A stretch of 64,000 nt of DNA, taken from positions 124,001 to 188,000 of IMG/VR virus record IMGVR_UViG_3300024308_000302; one strand, 5' to 3'. A program made the translations under genes and the position numbers. Below, one piece after another: positions 8,539 through 18,644 of the stretch; within the stretch, counting starts at the first letter, position 1, and every line of letters begins with the position of its first letter. The notes below the pieces were generated by a model. That model worked only from the letters and a program-made list of their open reading frames with translations. It was not told where the DNA came from and ran no database searches.

Positions 8539-8763
8539 TTAATTTTTTATGTCCCATTTAGACGAATGGTTGTGGGTAATTTTGAATATGCTAACCATCA
8601 TAATGCAAATGATAGCCTGAACAACAGAAAAAGAAACAACATCTTTAAGAACATCTTGTTTAAATATTGCGGCAAGTCCAAATAAAATAGCAGATATTAC
8701 AACATGACCAAGCACATACATAATCAAATAACGATTAATATTTTTTGGTTCTGGAGCACTCAT
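8539..8763 (-). CDS. Small two-TM membrane protein
   Basis: Hydrophobic segments; GAGG SD. Confidence 0.7.
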   Translation of the reverse strand: MSAPEPKNINRYLIMYVLGHVVISAILFGLAAIFKQDVLKDVVSFSVVQAIICIMMVSIFKITHNHSSKWDIKN

Positions 8764-8857
8764 AATTGAAGCCTCAAAAGTTAAATAAAAAACACTTAAT
8801 CTAAATTGATACTATTATATCAAAACAGAAAAAGTGTTTCAACTGATTTACTTAGAT

Positions 8858-9343
8858 TTAAACCAAAAAGAGTTTTTTCATTTCTGTAATGCGTTCCTCA
8901 GTAAAACTTCGAGCAGAAAATTTATTAGGCTCCGATTCTTTATTTCGAATGAGTGCAGCTTGCTTTTGAAGAACCTCAATTTGCTTCTCGATTTCGTGAA
9001 GCTTGTTAGCGTCATCTATATCAAGATTACGCTGTGCTGTTTCAAATGCATTATTCAAAAATTTCTCAATAAGATGCCTATCATGAACCAAATGATAAAC
9101 AACAGATTGATCTCCAAGACACATACCATTTGCCTGACTGTATACGTCCATTGATGACCAAGACTTTTCACTTACTGGATCAAGCAACGTAACATCTTTA
9201 CTTGTGCTAAATTGATGTTCAGTAATATGCTCAACAACAGAAATTGCATTTTGCATGAATCGTTTAAAATGATAACTGTTATTCCAAAGATACATATCTT
9301 TAAGATTAACTACTTTATCACCAACTTTAAATTTAGTTTCCAT
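8858..9343 (-). CDS. Hypothetical protein
   Basis: KFKVGDKV start, C-terminal coiled coil; GAGG SD. Confidence 0.75.
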   Translation of the reverse strand: METKFKVGDKVVNLKDMYLWNNSYHFKRFMQNAISVVEHITEHQFSTSKDVTLLDPVSEKSWSSMDVYSQANGMCLGDQSVVYHLVHDRHLIEKFLNNAFETAQRNLDIDDANKLHEIEKQIEVLQKQAALIRNKESEPNKFSARSFTEERITEMKKLFLV

Positions 9344-9352
9344 AAATTAACC

Positions 9353-9871
9353 TCAAATAACAGAAAATGCTGTTTTCAGTTCTTGATTGATACCAAGCTT
9401 AGAGTGTTCTTTTAGAACATCTTTTAACCATGATTTTTTATCAATATTTTGATTTTTGATGCCAAGTTTAGCAACCTCAACAATACTTGAAATCATTTCT
9501 TTTTGGATTTCAACATAGCGTTCGCCATAAACTTCTTTTGCAACTTCGGCTGGATTGTTAATTTTTCCATATTTGTTAAACAGAACAAGAATAGAGTCAG
9601 CACGATAGCGATCAGTTACTGAATTATCGTTAGCATATTTTGAGATTTCATACTTAAAATATTTCAAAGACAGTTCATGTTTCAATGGAGTAGTAATAAA
9701 GAAATCGAGAGCTTGTCGCCAAACCCAAATACCAGTTTCTGAATGCCAAGCATCAATCTTACGATAAACCATCACGAGTTTATCTTGAATAGTAGCCGTG
9801 GCATAAGGGACTTTTTTGATTCGAGCAAATTGCTTCAATGGTTCCATAATGATACTCTCATGTTTTGTCAT
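9353..9871 (-). CDS. Hypothetical protein
   Basis: 172-aa ORF, operon with 8858..9343. Confidence 0.7.
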   Translation of the reverse strand: MTKHESIIMEPLKQFARIKKVPYATATIQDKLVMVYRKIDAWHSETGIWVWRQALDFFITTPLKHELSLKYFKYEISKYANDNSVTDRYRADSILVLFNKYGKINNPAEVAKEVYGERYVEIQKEMISSIVEVAKLGIKNQNIDKKSWLKDVLKEHSKLGINQELKTAFSVI

Positions 9872-9929
9872 AAGCTGTATTATAACAAATTTGAGTTAAC
9901 GAAACAAGAAAAATCAGCCATATGGCTGA

Positions 9930-11039
9930 TTAATCATCTACTGGTTCGATGGAAAATAACATGCCATCACCACCATTAAAGTATGTCATAATTTTATAAC
10001 GACCGGGTTTAACTTTGATAGCAATACCATCATACATCAAAACAGCTTCTTTAAATGACATATTGCAATTTTTAGCATATTCCTCAAGAACTGTACCATC
10101 AACAACTTGAACAGTAAACAGATCGTAGTCAAAAGTTCCTTTTGCTCTAAATCCATCTACATTAATAGGAAATGTTGATTTTGATTTATTCTGCCAAGAT
10201 TCAGCATAAACAGATGCAATAACTTTAGTGGTTTTATTATAAATAACAGAAGTTGGCAATCGCCCAGAATTAACACGAAGAACTCCTTTAGCCAACCAGT
10301 ATTCTTGTGTGTACAAGCGTCCAGCATCTGAATAATGAGACATTGGTAATTCAGATTTACTATCAATATAATCGTTAGCAGCAAAAATATTGAAACCAAC
10401 TAAATCATCAAAATCATTTGCAATAACAATATGTTCAGATTTAATATCAATAAATTGTTCAACAGTATTAATGCCATTTGGATAAGGGCATTCAAGGCTG
10501 TTGTCATCATGAGACATTAAGCTTTGAATACTGTTGTGTACAAAGTTCCAACTTGGATGTTGTGAATTGATTTCTGGACTTAAAGAAATAATTCCATCTT
10601 TCATATAATAGTTATTATTACGACCACAAACACGGCAAGAACCATAAGTGGAATTGAAATGAAGCATTGGAGCCAATTTAAAATGAACAGGGGCTTTCAA
10701 AATATCAGATTTGATTGCTTCATAGGACTCATTTTTAACAATTTTATTATGAACTTCTTCAATCAAACGGCCAAGTAAAGTCATAACATTTGACTTAACA
10801 GTATTGTAAAAATGTTCATTGCCAGATACATGCAATTGAGCAAGCGTTTTACCATTAAACATATTTTTATTATGACCACCAAAATCAAAGACTGTAGCAT
10901 CAAAAGCATCTTTCAAGTCATTGTTAAAAATAGTTTCTTGAACGGATTCAATAGTAGCAGCCCAATCATCATTATTATTGATTGATTTTTGGCATTGATT
11001 GTAAATTGAATCAACAAGTGCTGGATAATTTAGAAACAT
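9930..11039 (-). CDS. Hypothetical protein, CxVCG paralog family
   Basis: DFGGHN, CRVCGR, VKPGRYK motifs shared with neighbour. Confidence 0.85.
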   Translation of the reverse strand: MFLNYPALVDSIYNQCQKSINNNDDWAATIESVQETIFNNDLKDAFDATVFDFGGHNKNMFNGKTLAQLHVSGNEHFYNTVKSNVMTLLGRLIEEVHNKIVKNESYEAIKSDILKAPVHFKLAPMLHFNSTYGSCRVCGRNNNYYMKDGIISLSPEINSQHPSWNFVHNSIQSLMSHDDNSLECPYPNGINTVEQFIDIKSEHIVIANDFDDLVGFNIFAANDYIDSKSELPMSHYSDAGRLYTQEYWLAKGVLRVNSGRLPTSVIYNKTTKVIASVYAESWQNKSKSTFPINVDGFRAKGTFDYDLFTVQVVDGTVLEEYAKNCNMSFKEAVLMYDGIAIKVKPGRYKIMTYFNGGDGMLFSIEPVDD

Positions 11040-11116
11040 AGAATAATTTCCTTAAAATGATGAACAATTATAACATAATTAAAGATCAAAAACAACAAAG
11101 CCAGTAGAAACTGGCA

Positions 11117-12205
11117 TTAGATTTGTTCCATGAAGAAAAAAACAGGTCTATCGCTATATCGATGGGCACTATAGCAGGTCACTTTATATCGACCCGGTTT
11201 GACAGAAATTTTTTCTGCCCCAGCTTGACTTAATGCAAGACTCAGAGTTTTCTTTTGCTCTTTACAAACTTTTTTGAATTCTTTTAATGTCATCATTTGA
11301 ACTGCCCAAACCTCAGTAGAGACAGTCATTTTTTTAACCATATTAGAAATATCAATAGGGAATGAATACATTTTTTTAGATTTCCAAGCATCGGTATCAA
11401 TTGCTGCAATAGATCCAGTTACTTTGTCTACACAAAGATGAGGGCTTGTATTACCACTTTGGACATAAATAACATTTTTGTTATTCCAAAACTCTTGGCT
11501 GTATTTAACACCTAAATCACTGTTAATATCATTGCTATAGCCAGATTTTTCTGAAATGTATTTCGCAGATTCCATATACAATTTTGGAAATACAGAAATG
11601 ATATTATCACTGACAACTAGAGTTGTGTCATCGATATCAATTTCATACGAATATGAATCAAGACCATCTGGCAATGAACAAGTGTGTGAGTTGCGTTCAG
11701 AGAAATGCAAAGAATACAGTTTTTGTTCCATTGCTGATAAGTTATTCCAAAGAGGATGCTTCTCAGTAACATGAGCATCTTTTGAAATTACACCATCACC
11801 CATGAAATAATTTGTTCTGCGACCACAAACAAAACAATAATCATCATGAATTTGAAACATAGAAAAAACAGAAGGTTTTGACAAGAACGAGTCTTGTACA
11901 GACGTTAACGAAAGACCCTCAGAAATAAGGTGTTCAACACTGGCAATCAACATTGACAAATTAGAAACCGTTTTCTTTTTAATTGTATCAAAAAGTTCAT
12001 TTGAATGACGATATTTAGAATTCATAAGATCTTTTAAAGTTTCACCTTCAAAATCCCGTAAATTATGGCCAGAAAAATCAAGCACAGTCGATTCAAATGG
12101 TTCTTTCAAAAATCCATCAATAACACGGATTTCAAGACAATCTTTAGTGCCATTAGAGATTTCTGTAAACAACAGTTCAATTAGACTAGAGTAATTAAAA
12201 ATCAT
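11117..12205 (-). CDS. Hypothetical protein, CxVCG paralog family
   Basis: DFSGHN, CFVCGR, VKPGRYK. Confidence 0.85.
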   Translation of the reverse strand: MIFNYSSLIELLFTEISNGTKDCLEIRVIDGFLKEPFESTVLDFSGHNLRDFEGETLKDLMNSKYRHSNELFDTIKKKTVSNLSMLIASVEHLISEGLSLTSVQDSFLSKPSVFSMFQIHDDYCFVCGRRTNYFMGDGVISKDAHVTEKHPLWNNLSAMEQKLYSLHFSERNSHTCSLPDGLDSYSYEIDIDDTTLVVSDNIISVFPKLYMESAKYISEKSGYSNDINSDLGVKYSQEFWNNKNVIYVQSGNTSPHLCVDKVTGSIAAIDTDAWKSKKMYSFPIDISNMVKKMTVSTEVWAVQMMTLKEFKKVCKEQKKTLSLALSQAGAEKISVKPGRYKVTCYSAHRYSDRPVFFFMEQI

Positions 12206-12240
12206 TTTTATACCTTATAAAAAATAAGCCAACCCGAAGG

Positions 12241-12423
12241 TTAGCTAATATTTTGAGTGACTTGAAGAGCATATCGATGCTGCACAATACGATGGGTCAC
12301 ATTAGGTTCTTTTTCATCAAAGTCTTTTTTGATCTCGCGTGCTTTACGTCGAGTGAATGCACGGTCAATAACTTTTTTACTTAGACCTTGAACAATATCA
12401 TATTCATACTTAAACTGTCGCAT
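12241..12423 (-). CDS. Small hypothetical protein
   Basis: GGAGG SD; followed by UUCG terminator. Confidence 0.7.
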   Translation of the reverse strand: MRQFKYEYDIVQGLSKKVIDRAFTRRKAREIKKDFDEKEPNVTHRIVQHRYALQVTQNIS

Positions 12424-12432
12424 ATGTCCTCC

Positions 12433-13032
12433 TTAAGACTTGTCTGGATTTTGTGCTTGGAACTTTTCCCACTCTTGTTGAATGATATTTCGTGGAAGGT
12501 ATACAGAAACATCAGATTGCTCACCATCAACAAGAACTTTGACAGTAGAGTAGGCTACGTTGATACCCACTACTTCTTGTTTTGCATTAAGAACAGGTCC
12601 ACCAGACATACCACGAATAATCAGAGTTTTCACAGCACGATAATCTGTTTTATCATGAGCGTTTACCGTACCAATATCAGCACCTTGTCGAATAGTAGGT
12701 TCTTTTTGGTAAGGGCGTGGATAACCAGTCATGGAAAGGATTTCGCCTTTTTGAGCGTCTGCCCATACTGGAACTACATTCGAACGTTTTTTAACAAAAC
12801 GAACATCATAATCTTCTGAGTTGTAAGCCACCTGATGTTTTACATCGGAATGTTTTACAGTAACAGCATAATCTTTGTTCCATTGCACATAGCTGGAAGT
12901 AGCATTTCCAACAAGACCATCACGAACAAGCATTTGGCCATAAGGAGAACCAACATCAGTTTTATGGCTAGCACAACCCGTGCAAATAGCAAAAACAGCA
13001 ATCATAGCAAGAGCGATTTTTTTAGAGAACAT
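12433..13032 (-). CDS. Trypsin-like serine protease lipoprotein
   Basis: Signal peptide with lipobox-like TG-C; AVTVKH, YD, GMSGGPV catalytic motifs. Confidence 0.85.
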   Translation of the reverse strand: MFSKKIALAMIAVFAICTGCASHKTDVGSPYGQMLVRDGLVGNATSSYVQWNKDYAVTVKHSDVKHQVAYNSEDYDVRFVKKRSNVVPVWADAQKGEILSMTGYPRPYQKEPTIRQGADIGTVNAHDKTDYRAVKTLIIRGMSGGPVLNAKQEVVGINVAYSTVKVLVDGEQSDVSVYLPRNIIQQEWEKFQAQNPDKS

Positions 13033-13154
13033 TTACAACCTCATTAGTCTGTGTGTTTGATGGGATGATTATAACAAAAGTATTCTATTTAATCAAGAAA
13101 TATAATCTATTTAGGAGCAAAGAAATCTCCAAAAATAAAAAAGGGCCGAAGCCC

Positions 13155-13697
13155 TTATGAAACCTGAATCAGTGTTCGTGCATGCTCAATGTCTTGGATG
13201 CCTTGCAGATAAGTTTCAACACTAAACTCACCTTTTTTACTTTCCATCATTTCGTTGTAATTGTCTACACGTTCTTGGAGTTCATCATTTTCAATGAAAT
13301 AATGAGAGCCGTGATTGGTGAAAACAACTTTATTGCCTTCTTGAGTTTGAACAACCCAAGCAGTACCATCACAATCCCACGATTCCCACATCAAATCAAA
13401 GATGAAAATTGCTTTGTACTCAACCCCGTTCACTTTTACTGGGATTTTTAGTTGTTCTTGCATAAAAAGATATTCCATGCGATCAACACGCGATTTTTGA
13501 AACTCTGGCTCAAGAATTTGAGTGAAATTGATAATTCCTTTTCGTTCTTCCTTAGTGTAAGTTTGTTCAAGAACTTTCCACAATTCAGCAGACCACTGAG
13601 AAATATCCTGAGTTGTATTATAAAAAGAAAAATCCGTGTCTTTGACTTTGACACCAAAAACTACCAATTCTTTAACTTGCTCAACGCCAATAGTCAT
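13155..13697 (-). CDS. Hypothetical protein
   Basis: Start revised to MTIG; WESWDCDG and TNHGS motifs. Confidence 0.75.
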   Translation of the reverse strand: MTIGVEQVKELVVFGVKVKDTDFSFYNTTQDISQWSAELWKVLEQTYTKEERKGIINFTQILEPEFQKSRVDRMEYLFMQEQLKIPVKVNGVEYKAIFIFDLMWESWDCDGTAWVVQTQEGNKVVFTNHGSHYFIENDELQERVDNYNEMMESKKGEFSVETYLQGIQDIEHARTLIQVS

Positions 13698-13769
13698 TTT
13701 GATTATCTCTTTAAGATTGAGAGACAATTATATCACACTAATGAAATTGGAACAATAAAAAAAAGAGGC

Positions 13770-14012
13770 TCAAGCCTCTTTTTCTTCTACAGTGACAACC
13801 AAACCATTAACTAATTCAGCATGAGTACAAACTTTCTGCACAATAATCAAATCGAACTTCAAATCAGATTGTTTAATTTCTGGTTGACCAGTCATATACC
13901 ACACGCCTGCATTATGATAGGCCATCATAATTACAAGACCATATTGAACGGAATAATAAGTATGGTCAGTGATCTCAATATTTTGTGGATTATGGAGACG
14001 TTCTTTTGACAT
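13770..14012 (-). CDS. Hypothetical protein
   Basis: GAGG SD, own promoter-like upstream region. Confidence 0.7.
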   Translation of the reverse strand: MSKERLHNPQNIEITDHTYYSVQYGLVIMMAYHNAGVWYMTGQPEIKQSDLKFDLIIVQKVCTHAELVNGLVVTVEEKEA

Positions 14013-14080
14013 GAAAACCTCTATGATTTGTTTGGATTGACCGTATTATACAAGGTATACGGTTTTTAAACAAGAAAAAT

Positions 14081-14284
14081 TTAGTCTTCTTCTTGTTTTA
14101 CTGGTTGACGCAGTGGGAATTCAGCATAATCATAATACTGACGTTCGCCTTTTTCCTTGAGTTCATCAACCATGGCAATAGCCATTTCTGGAGTTGATAC
14201 TACATCAATAACTTGACGATCTGCAACAGTTGGGTAGTATCGGTCCCAACCATAGACCAGATAAACAAAAACTTCTTTTGACAT
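14081..14284 (-). CDS. Hypothetical protein
   Basis: GAGGA SD; GWDRYYP. Confidence 0.7.
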   Translation of the reverse strand: MSKEVFVYLVYGWDRYYPTVADRQVIDVVSTPEMAIAMVDELKEKGERQYYDYAEFPLRQPVKQEED

Positions 14285-14296
14285 AACTTATTCCTC

Positions 14297-14644
14297 TTAG
14301 AAACGAAGACTCAAAAAATCTTTAATAGTCGTTTTTTCTTCATCAGAAAGACCAATTAATTTTACATCATCCATAGAATCAAGACCAGCCCAACGAGCCA
14401 GAAAAGATGCATCAAACCAAGCTCTTTCCATACAAGTAGAATGAGCTTCTGCTTGAGATTTTTTTTCCAGAAAGTTCTTAGTCTGCCAGCAACTATTATC
14501 AAGAGAAGATGCCATCATGAATTCGTCATCAGAAATGTCAGTTCTTACAAGTCGAGTAAAAAATTGGACATTACCAGAAGACTCACACATTTTAACAATA
14601 TGAACATCAACATTAGGAAGGCGTTTTTTGACAGATTTTTTCAT
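14297..14644 (-). CDS. Hypothetical protein
   Basis: GGAG SD. Confidence 0.7.
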   Translation of the reverse strand: MKKSVKKRLPNVDVHIVKMCESSGNVQFFTRLVRTDISDDEFMMASSLDNSCWQTKNFLEKKSQAEAHSTCMERAWFDASFLARWAGLDSMDDVKLIGLSDEEKTTIKDFLSLRF

Positions 14645-14693
14645 GATACAACTCCATTAATTCAGGCAATTATAACAAAATAACTCATAGTTA

Positions 14694-14981
14694 TCAAGTA
14701 ACCTTTTTCACTTCTTTCATGGCCTGTTGAGCCAGCACACCTTTCTCAAGCTGAATAGTTGTAGGTTCATCCCAATCGGCATATTGATCATTTTTGTAAT
14801 TGTAAGGATTTCCATAGAAAAACAATGCTTTTCGGCAAATTCTAAGCACTTTATTACGAGCAACAGTTTTCTTCTTAAAAACACCAGCAATTCTAACCCA
14901 ATGGTTACGTTGCTCTGTCATCTGAGCCAATTCAGATTGAAGGCGAACTACCTCCAATTGCAGTTCTTCAATGGTTTTCAT
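14694..14981 (-). CDS. Hypothetical coiled-coil protein
   Basis: 95-aa ORF. Confidence 0.65.
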   Translation of the reverse strand: MKTIEELQLEVVRLQSELAQMTEQRNHWVRIAGVFKKKTVARNKVLRICRKALFFYGNPYNYKNDQYADWDEPTTIQLEKGVLAQQAMKEVKKVT

Positions 14982-15014
14982 AGATTTAACACCATATTAT
15001 TGAAAGGTCATCAA

Positions 15015-15275
15015 TTATAGCATATTTTTAAGCCAATTACAGAATGTATGTAATTTTGTAGGTCGATCTAGAATTTTTTTGTCTTGAATAGGAGACATCA
15101 CGACAGTGCGGGCAGACCAACCATATTGAGAGCCTTTACAAGTAACATCCAATCCGCCATTTGAATGTGCATAAGTGACAAGTGCATCATCAAACATAGA
15201 GTTATGATGATATTGACGAACTACATCACCAGCAGCAAAAGGTTGTGTAGAAGTTCGTCTTTTATTATCACTCAT
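15015..15275 (-). CDS. Hypothetical protein
   Basis: Overlaps the stop of the upstream gene; GAGG SD. Confidence 0.65.
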   Translation of the reverse strand: MSDNKRRTSTQPFAAGDVVRQYHHNSMFDDALVTYAHSNGGLDVTCKGSQYGWSARTVVMSPIQDKKILDRPTKLHTFCNWLKNML

Positions 15276-16476
15276 AAACTACCTCACTATTAAAAACAGA
15301 AAGAATATTATGTATTTTAGCATATTCTTTGTATGAAATGCGAATTAATTTAATGTCATTTTCTTGGCAATAAGTATTTTTGTATTGATCTCTATATTGG
15401 AGTTCATCAAAACCATTTTCACCACCAAAAAATGTGGTAGGTTCAAAATGTTGTCTACCATCATATTCAATGCAAGTATTAAAAGATGGCAAGTAAAAAT
15501 CAGCTCTCAAATAAGAACCAGTTTTAGGATTTTTGCAGATAGGATACTGCTCAACAAAATCAATGTTATTATCTTTGAAGAATTCTCTAATACGAGATTC
15601 ACCTTTTGAAGAACGGCAAACTGGGCAACCTTTACCAGAAGCATGACAACGTGAACGTTGCATAAAAATACCATGTTTTCTGCAATTGATGGCAACTTTT
15701 GTCTTAAAGTTAACATAAACAGTCTTGGAATAATCATACAGATCTCCATGAATCTGTTTGAATTCATCAATCAATGATTCAGTAGTAACTACAGGATAAC
15801 TTTTATTTGACTGTGCGGCTTTAATCACACCACATTTTTGACAACCAGCACCTTGTATATGATTGGTAACTCTTTGTTCAAAAGAACCATGCTCTTTACA
15901 AACAATAGTAACAACCTGTTTAATATTTTTATAAGAATGAATATTGGAATAATCATATGCATAATTATGAACAAGATTGAATTTTTCAATCAAACTATTC
16001 AGTGTATAGATAGTAGTAACTTGTTTATCAGGAACTGAAATTAATTTTTTAGGTTGGTTTTTTTTATTAGAATACTTAATTCCCGACAATATAGCCTTAA
16101 TTACACCACAATGTGGGCAACCATACCCTTGAATATGCTGATCGGCTCTTTGTTCAAAAGAACCATGTGTTTTGCAAATGATAATAACTTTAGAACGTAC
16201 ATTTTCAAAAACGACATTTGAATAATCATAGATGTTTGAATGAACAGATTCAAATTTTTCAAGCAGTGTTTCTAATGTATAGCGACGATTACTTTGAGCA
16301 CATACAGGACATCCACGGCCTTTGCAATGAGTCTCAACAGTTTTGAAGAAAGATCCATGTTTGTGACAAATGATTTCTACTTTAGCTGTATGATTTACAT
16401 AATTAACATTAGAGTAATCATAGAGATCACCATGCAATGCTTTGAAACGTTCAATGACAGATTCAGTAGTATTCAT
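15268..16476 (-). CDS. Homing-endonuclease-like protein (four DUF723-type zinc-ribbon repeats plus PD-(D/E)XK/Vsr-like nuclease)
   Basis: Four YDYS...ICxxHG...GCPxC repeats; C-terminal RADFYLP...IEYDGRQH. Confidence 0.85.
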   Translation of the reverse strand: MNTTESVIERFKALHGDLYDYSNVNYVNHTAKVEIICHKHGSFFKTVETHCKGRGCPVCAQSNRRYTLETLLEKFESVHSNIYDYSNVVFENVRSKVIIICKTHGSFEQRADQHIQGYGCPHCGVIKAILSGIKYSNKKNQPKKLISVPDKQVTTIYTLNSLIEKFNLVHNYAYDYSNIHSYKNIKQVVTIVCKEHGSFEQRVTNHIQGAGCQKCGVIKAAQSNKSYPVVTTESLIDEFKQIHGDLYDYSKTVYVNFKTKVAINCRKHGIFMQRSRCHASGKGCPVCRSSKGESRIREFFKDNNIDFVEQYPICKNPKTGSYLRADFYLPSFNTCIEYDGRQHFEPTTFFGGENGFDELQYRDQYKNTYCQENDIKLIRISYKEYAKIHNILSVFNSEVVYE

Positions 16477-16521
16477 AATAGAACCTTTGGAAAATAAAAA
16501 GGCCCGTTAAGGCCATCTTTC

Positions 16522-16619
16522 TATTGAATATTTCTTTTATTTACGTGGGCCTATTCAAGCACCACATCTCATCGATAGGCTTTCTTTTTTTTACATGGGC
16601 ATACCTTAGCACCATATCT
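16522..16619 (-). repeat. Two 50-nt-period structured repeats (putative pseudoknots)
   Basis: AGATRTGGTGCT-N7-GCCCAYGTAAAWAAAAGAAA at 16531..16569 and 16581..16619; stem covariation. Confidence 0.7.
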
Positions 16620-16627
16620 TTCAAAGC

Positions 16628-16701
16628 TGGAGCGGAATACGAGGATCGAACTCGTCTCTTTAGCTTGGAAGGCTAAGGCCCAACCACTAGACCAATTCCG
16701 C
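16628..16701 (-). tRNA. tRNA-Gly(UCC)
   Basis: GCGGAAT...CT-TCC-AA...ATTCCGCTCCA. Confidence 0.95.
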
Positions 16702-16876
16702 ATAAGTCAGCAGTAACTTTTCAGTTGCAGGTCAAAAAATCAACCTACTCCAATTAGGAAACCCGCCGAAGGTTTTAATGTTTAAATTCTAACAAACAAA
16801 TCAAAAACAGTCAAGCACAATTATCAAGAAAATTTAAAAATATGGCACACTTAAAAGCATGCCATAAGCCATCAAA

Positions 16877-17341
16877 TTAGCTACCAGTAGTCAATTCATA
16901 ATTATCATCATTATCTTTGAGATTAAAGCTTTCAATATAGATATGATGAAAATCTTCTGAACTACAAATTAGGTTCTCAGCAAATTCCCACATTTCAAGC
17001 CAAGTAACATTCTTATTAATCTCTAATGTAATTCCTGAATAAGTTAACGTGTCAACAAAACCAAATACAGCATTCATGTCTTTAACTTCATAGATAGACC
17101 AGATGCTAGTGTAGTTGTTAGCTTCTTGAATTTTGTTGAAACGGTTATAATCTGAATCAAAAGCCTTATCTGCAGCCTCAACTTCTGGCTGAATAAGCTC
17201 TTTAACAACAGCAAGAACTTCTGCAAAATCAGCCTGAATCTCTTGTGACATGTTTTGCAACTTATGTTCAAGTTGAGCCAGCTTTGGATAGACAGCAACC
17301 AGTTTGAGCAGACTTTCTTGAGTGGCATTTGCTTGAGTCAT
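16877..17341 (-). CDS. Phage hypothetical protein
   Basis: AGGTG SD; C-terminal HHIYIESF...LTTGS. Confidence 0.8.
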   Translation of the reverse strand: MTQANATQESLLKLVAVYPKLAQLEHKLQNMSQEIQADFAEVLAVVKELIQPEVEAADKAFDSDYNRFNKIQEANNYTSIWSIYEVKDMNAVFGFVDTLTYSGITLEINKNVTWLEMWEFAENLICSSEDFHHIYIESFNLKDNDDNYELTTGS

Positions 17342-17405
17342 AAATCACCTACGAATTAATAATAGACGTGTATTATAGCAATTTTTCACACATAAAGCAA
17401 ACAAG

Positions 17406-17819
17406 TCAGTCAATCTTTTTGCGTTTAATTACATGACGATTGAACTTGAATTTTTGACCAACCAAAGATTGGTACATATGACTTTTACCAACAGCATCAA
17501 CTTTCAGCAAGGTAACATGAGGATTATGAGGACGTTCTTCAACGGCTCCATAACCTTTCAATACAGAGTTAATATAGAAACTCCAATCGCAATCCTCCAT
17601 TTCAGCGACAATATAAACACCGCCACGTACAGGCCATTCAGTAACTGCTTTAACTACTGCAGTCTTAGGCTGGAATCCATATTGTGGAATATCAAGAATG
17701 GAGCCTGATAGATCAAGACAAGTAGTCAGATGAAAATCTTCTTTTTCAAGGCCAAGTGCTTTAATCAAATCATTTGATTCAGGGTCAAGATAAGCAGCAG
17801 CGAAAGCAACTTCTCGCAT
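17406..17819 (-). CDS. 2H phosphoesterase, Acb1/T4 57B-like (candidate anti-CBASS nuclease)
   Basis: Two HxT motifs (FHLTTC, PHVTL), 137 aa. Confidence 0.7.
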   Translation of the reverse strand: MREVAFAAAYLDPESNDLIKALGLEKEDFHLTTCLDLSGSILDIPQYGFQPKTAVVKAVTEWPVRGGVYIVAEMEDCDWSFYINSVLKGYGAVEERPHNPHVTLLKVDAVGKSHMYQSLVGQKFKFNRHVIKRKKID

Positions 17820-17885
17820 AGAATACTCCTTCTAATGATGCCTCAATTATACAAGGTGAAGAAAAAAATGCAAATGAAAGTCAAA

Positions 17886-18140
17886 TTAACAAGATTGTTT
17901 AAGAGAATCAGCCCATTCACCAATCATAACGTTATCTGCTTCAATCTGTTCAAGCTCACTAATAGCCTTATGAGCTTCTGAAATAAGTTCTGTAAGACAT
18001 TCTTTACTCATAGACTGACCACAACTCATCAGGGTTTGTTTAATAGAGGCCAGATGAGATTTAGTGCCATAAATGGTCATACGAATATTACTGGATTTTT
18101 GATTGATTTCTTTCAATGCCATTTCTTCAATTTTTTTCAT
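17886..18140 (-). CDS. Hypothetical protein
   Basis: GGAG SD. Confidence 0.65.
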   Translation of the reverse strand: MKKIEEMALKEINQKSSNIRMTIYGTKSHLASIKQTLMSCGQSMSKECLTELISEAHKAISELEQIEADNVMIGEWADSLKQSC

Positions 18141-18253
18141 CGCACAACTCCAAGTTGAGAATAAATTAATAGGATATGATTATATCAAAAAACAGAATTG
18201 ATGTCACTGGATTTTTATTCAATTGTAAATAGAATATTAGAAAAGGAGTCAAA

Positions 18254-18610
18254 ATGATAAATAGACAAGAGATCTTAGATTATGTGGAAAAACGCTACAA
18301 CACCAAACCTGAACAGCTATTTGCGAAACATCCTACTTATTCTGTGTTAAGAAATGAAAAATCTAAAAAATGGTATGGAATTGTAATGAATATCGAAAAA
18401 AGGAAAATTGGTATTAATGAAGAAGGTAACACTGATATTATCAATATAAAAGGAAATCCAGAATTTAATAGCATATTAAGAAGTCAAAGTTACATATTGC
18501 CAGCTTATCATATGAATAAAAAACATTGGATAACTGTAGTATTAAATAATGATTGTAAAAAAGAAGAATTATTTGAATTAATAGATTGGAGTTATCAATT
18601 GACGAAATGA
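18254..18610 (+). CDS. MmcQ/YjbR family protein
   Basis: KKWYG...INIK...PAYHMNKKHWITV...LIDWSY. Confidence 0.9.
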   Translation: MINRQEILDYVEKRYNTKPEQLFAKHPTYSVLRNEKSKKWYGIVMNIEKRKIGINEEGNTDIINIKGNPEFNSILRSQSYILPAYHMNKKHWITVVLNNDCKKEELFELIDWSYQLTK

Positions 18611-18631
18611 AAAAACCGCCCGAAGGCGGTT
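18610..18631. terminator. Terminator between convergent genes
   Basis: AACCGCC-CGAA-GGCGGTT. Confidence 0.75.
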
Positions 18632-18644
18632 AGTTGTTTCTATC

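Noticed and set aside
16531-16619. CRISPR array
   Set aside because: Only two imperfect units with an 11-nt gap and no cas genes
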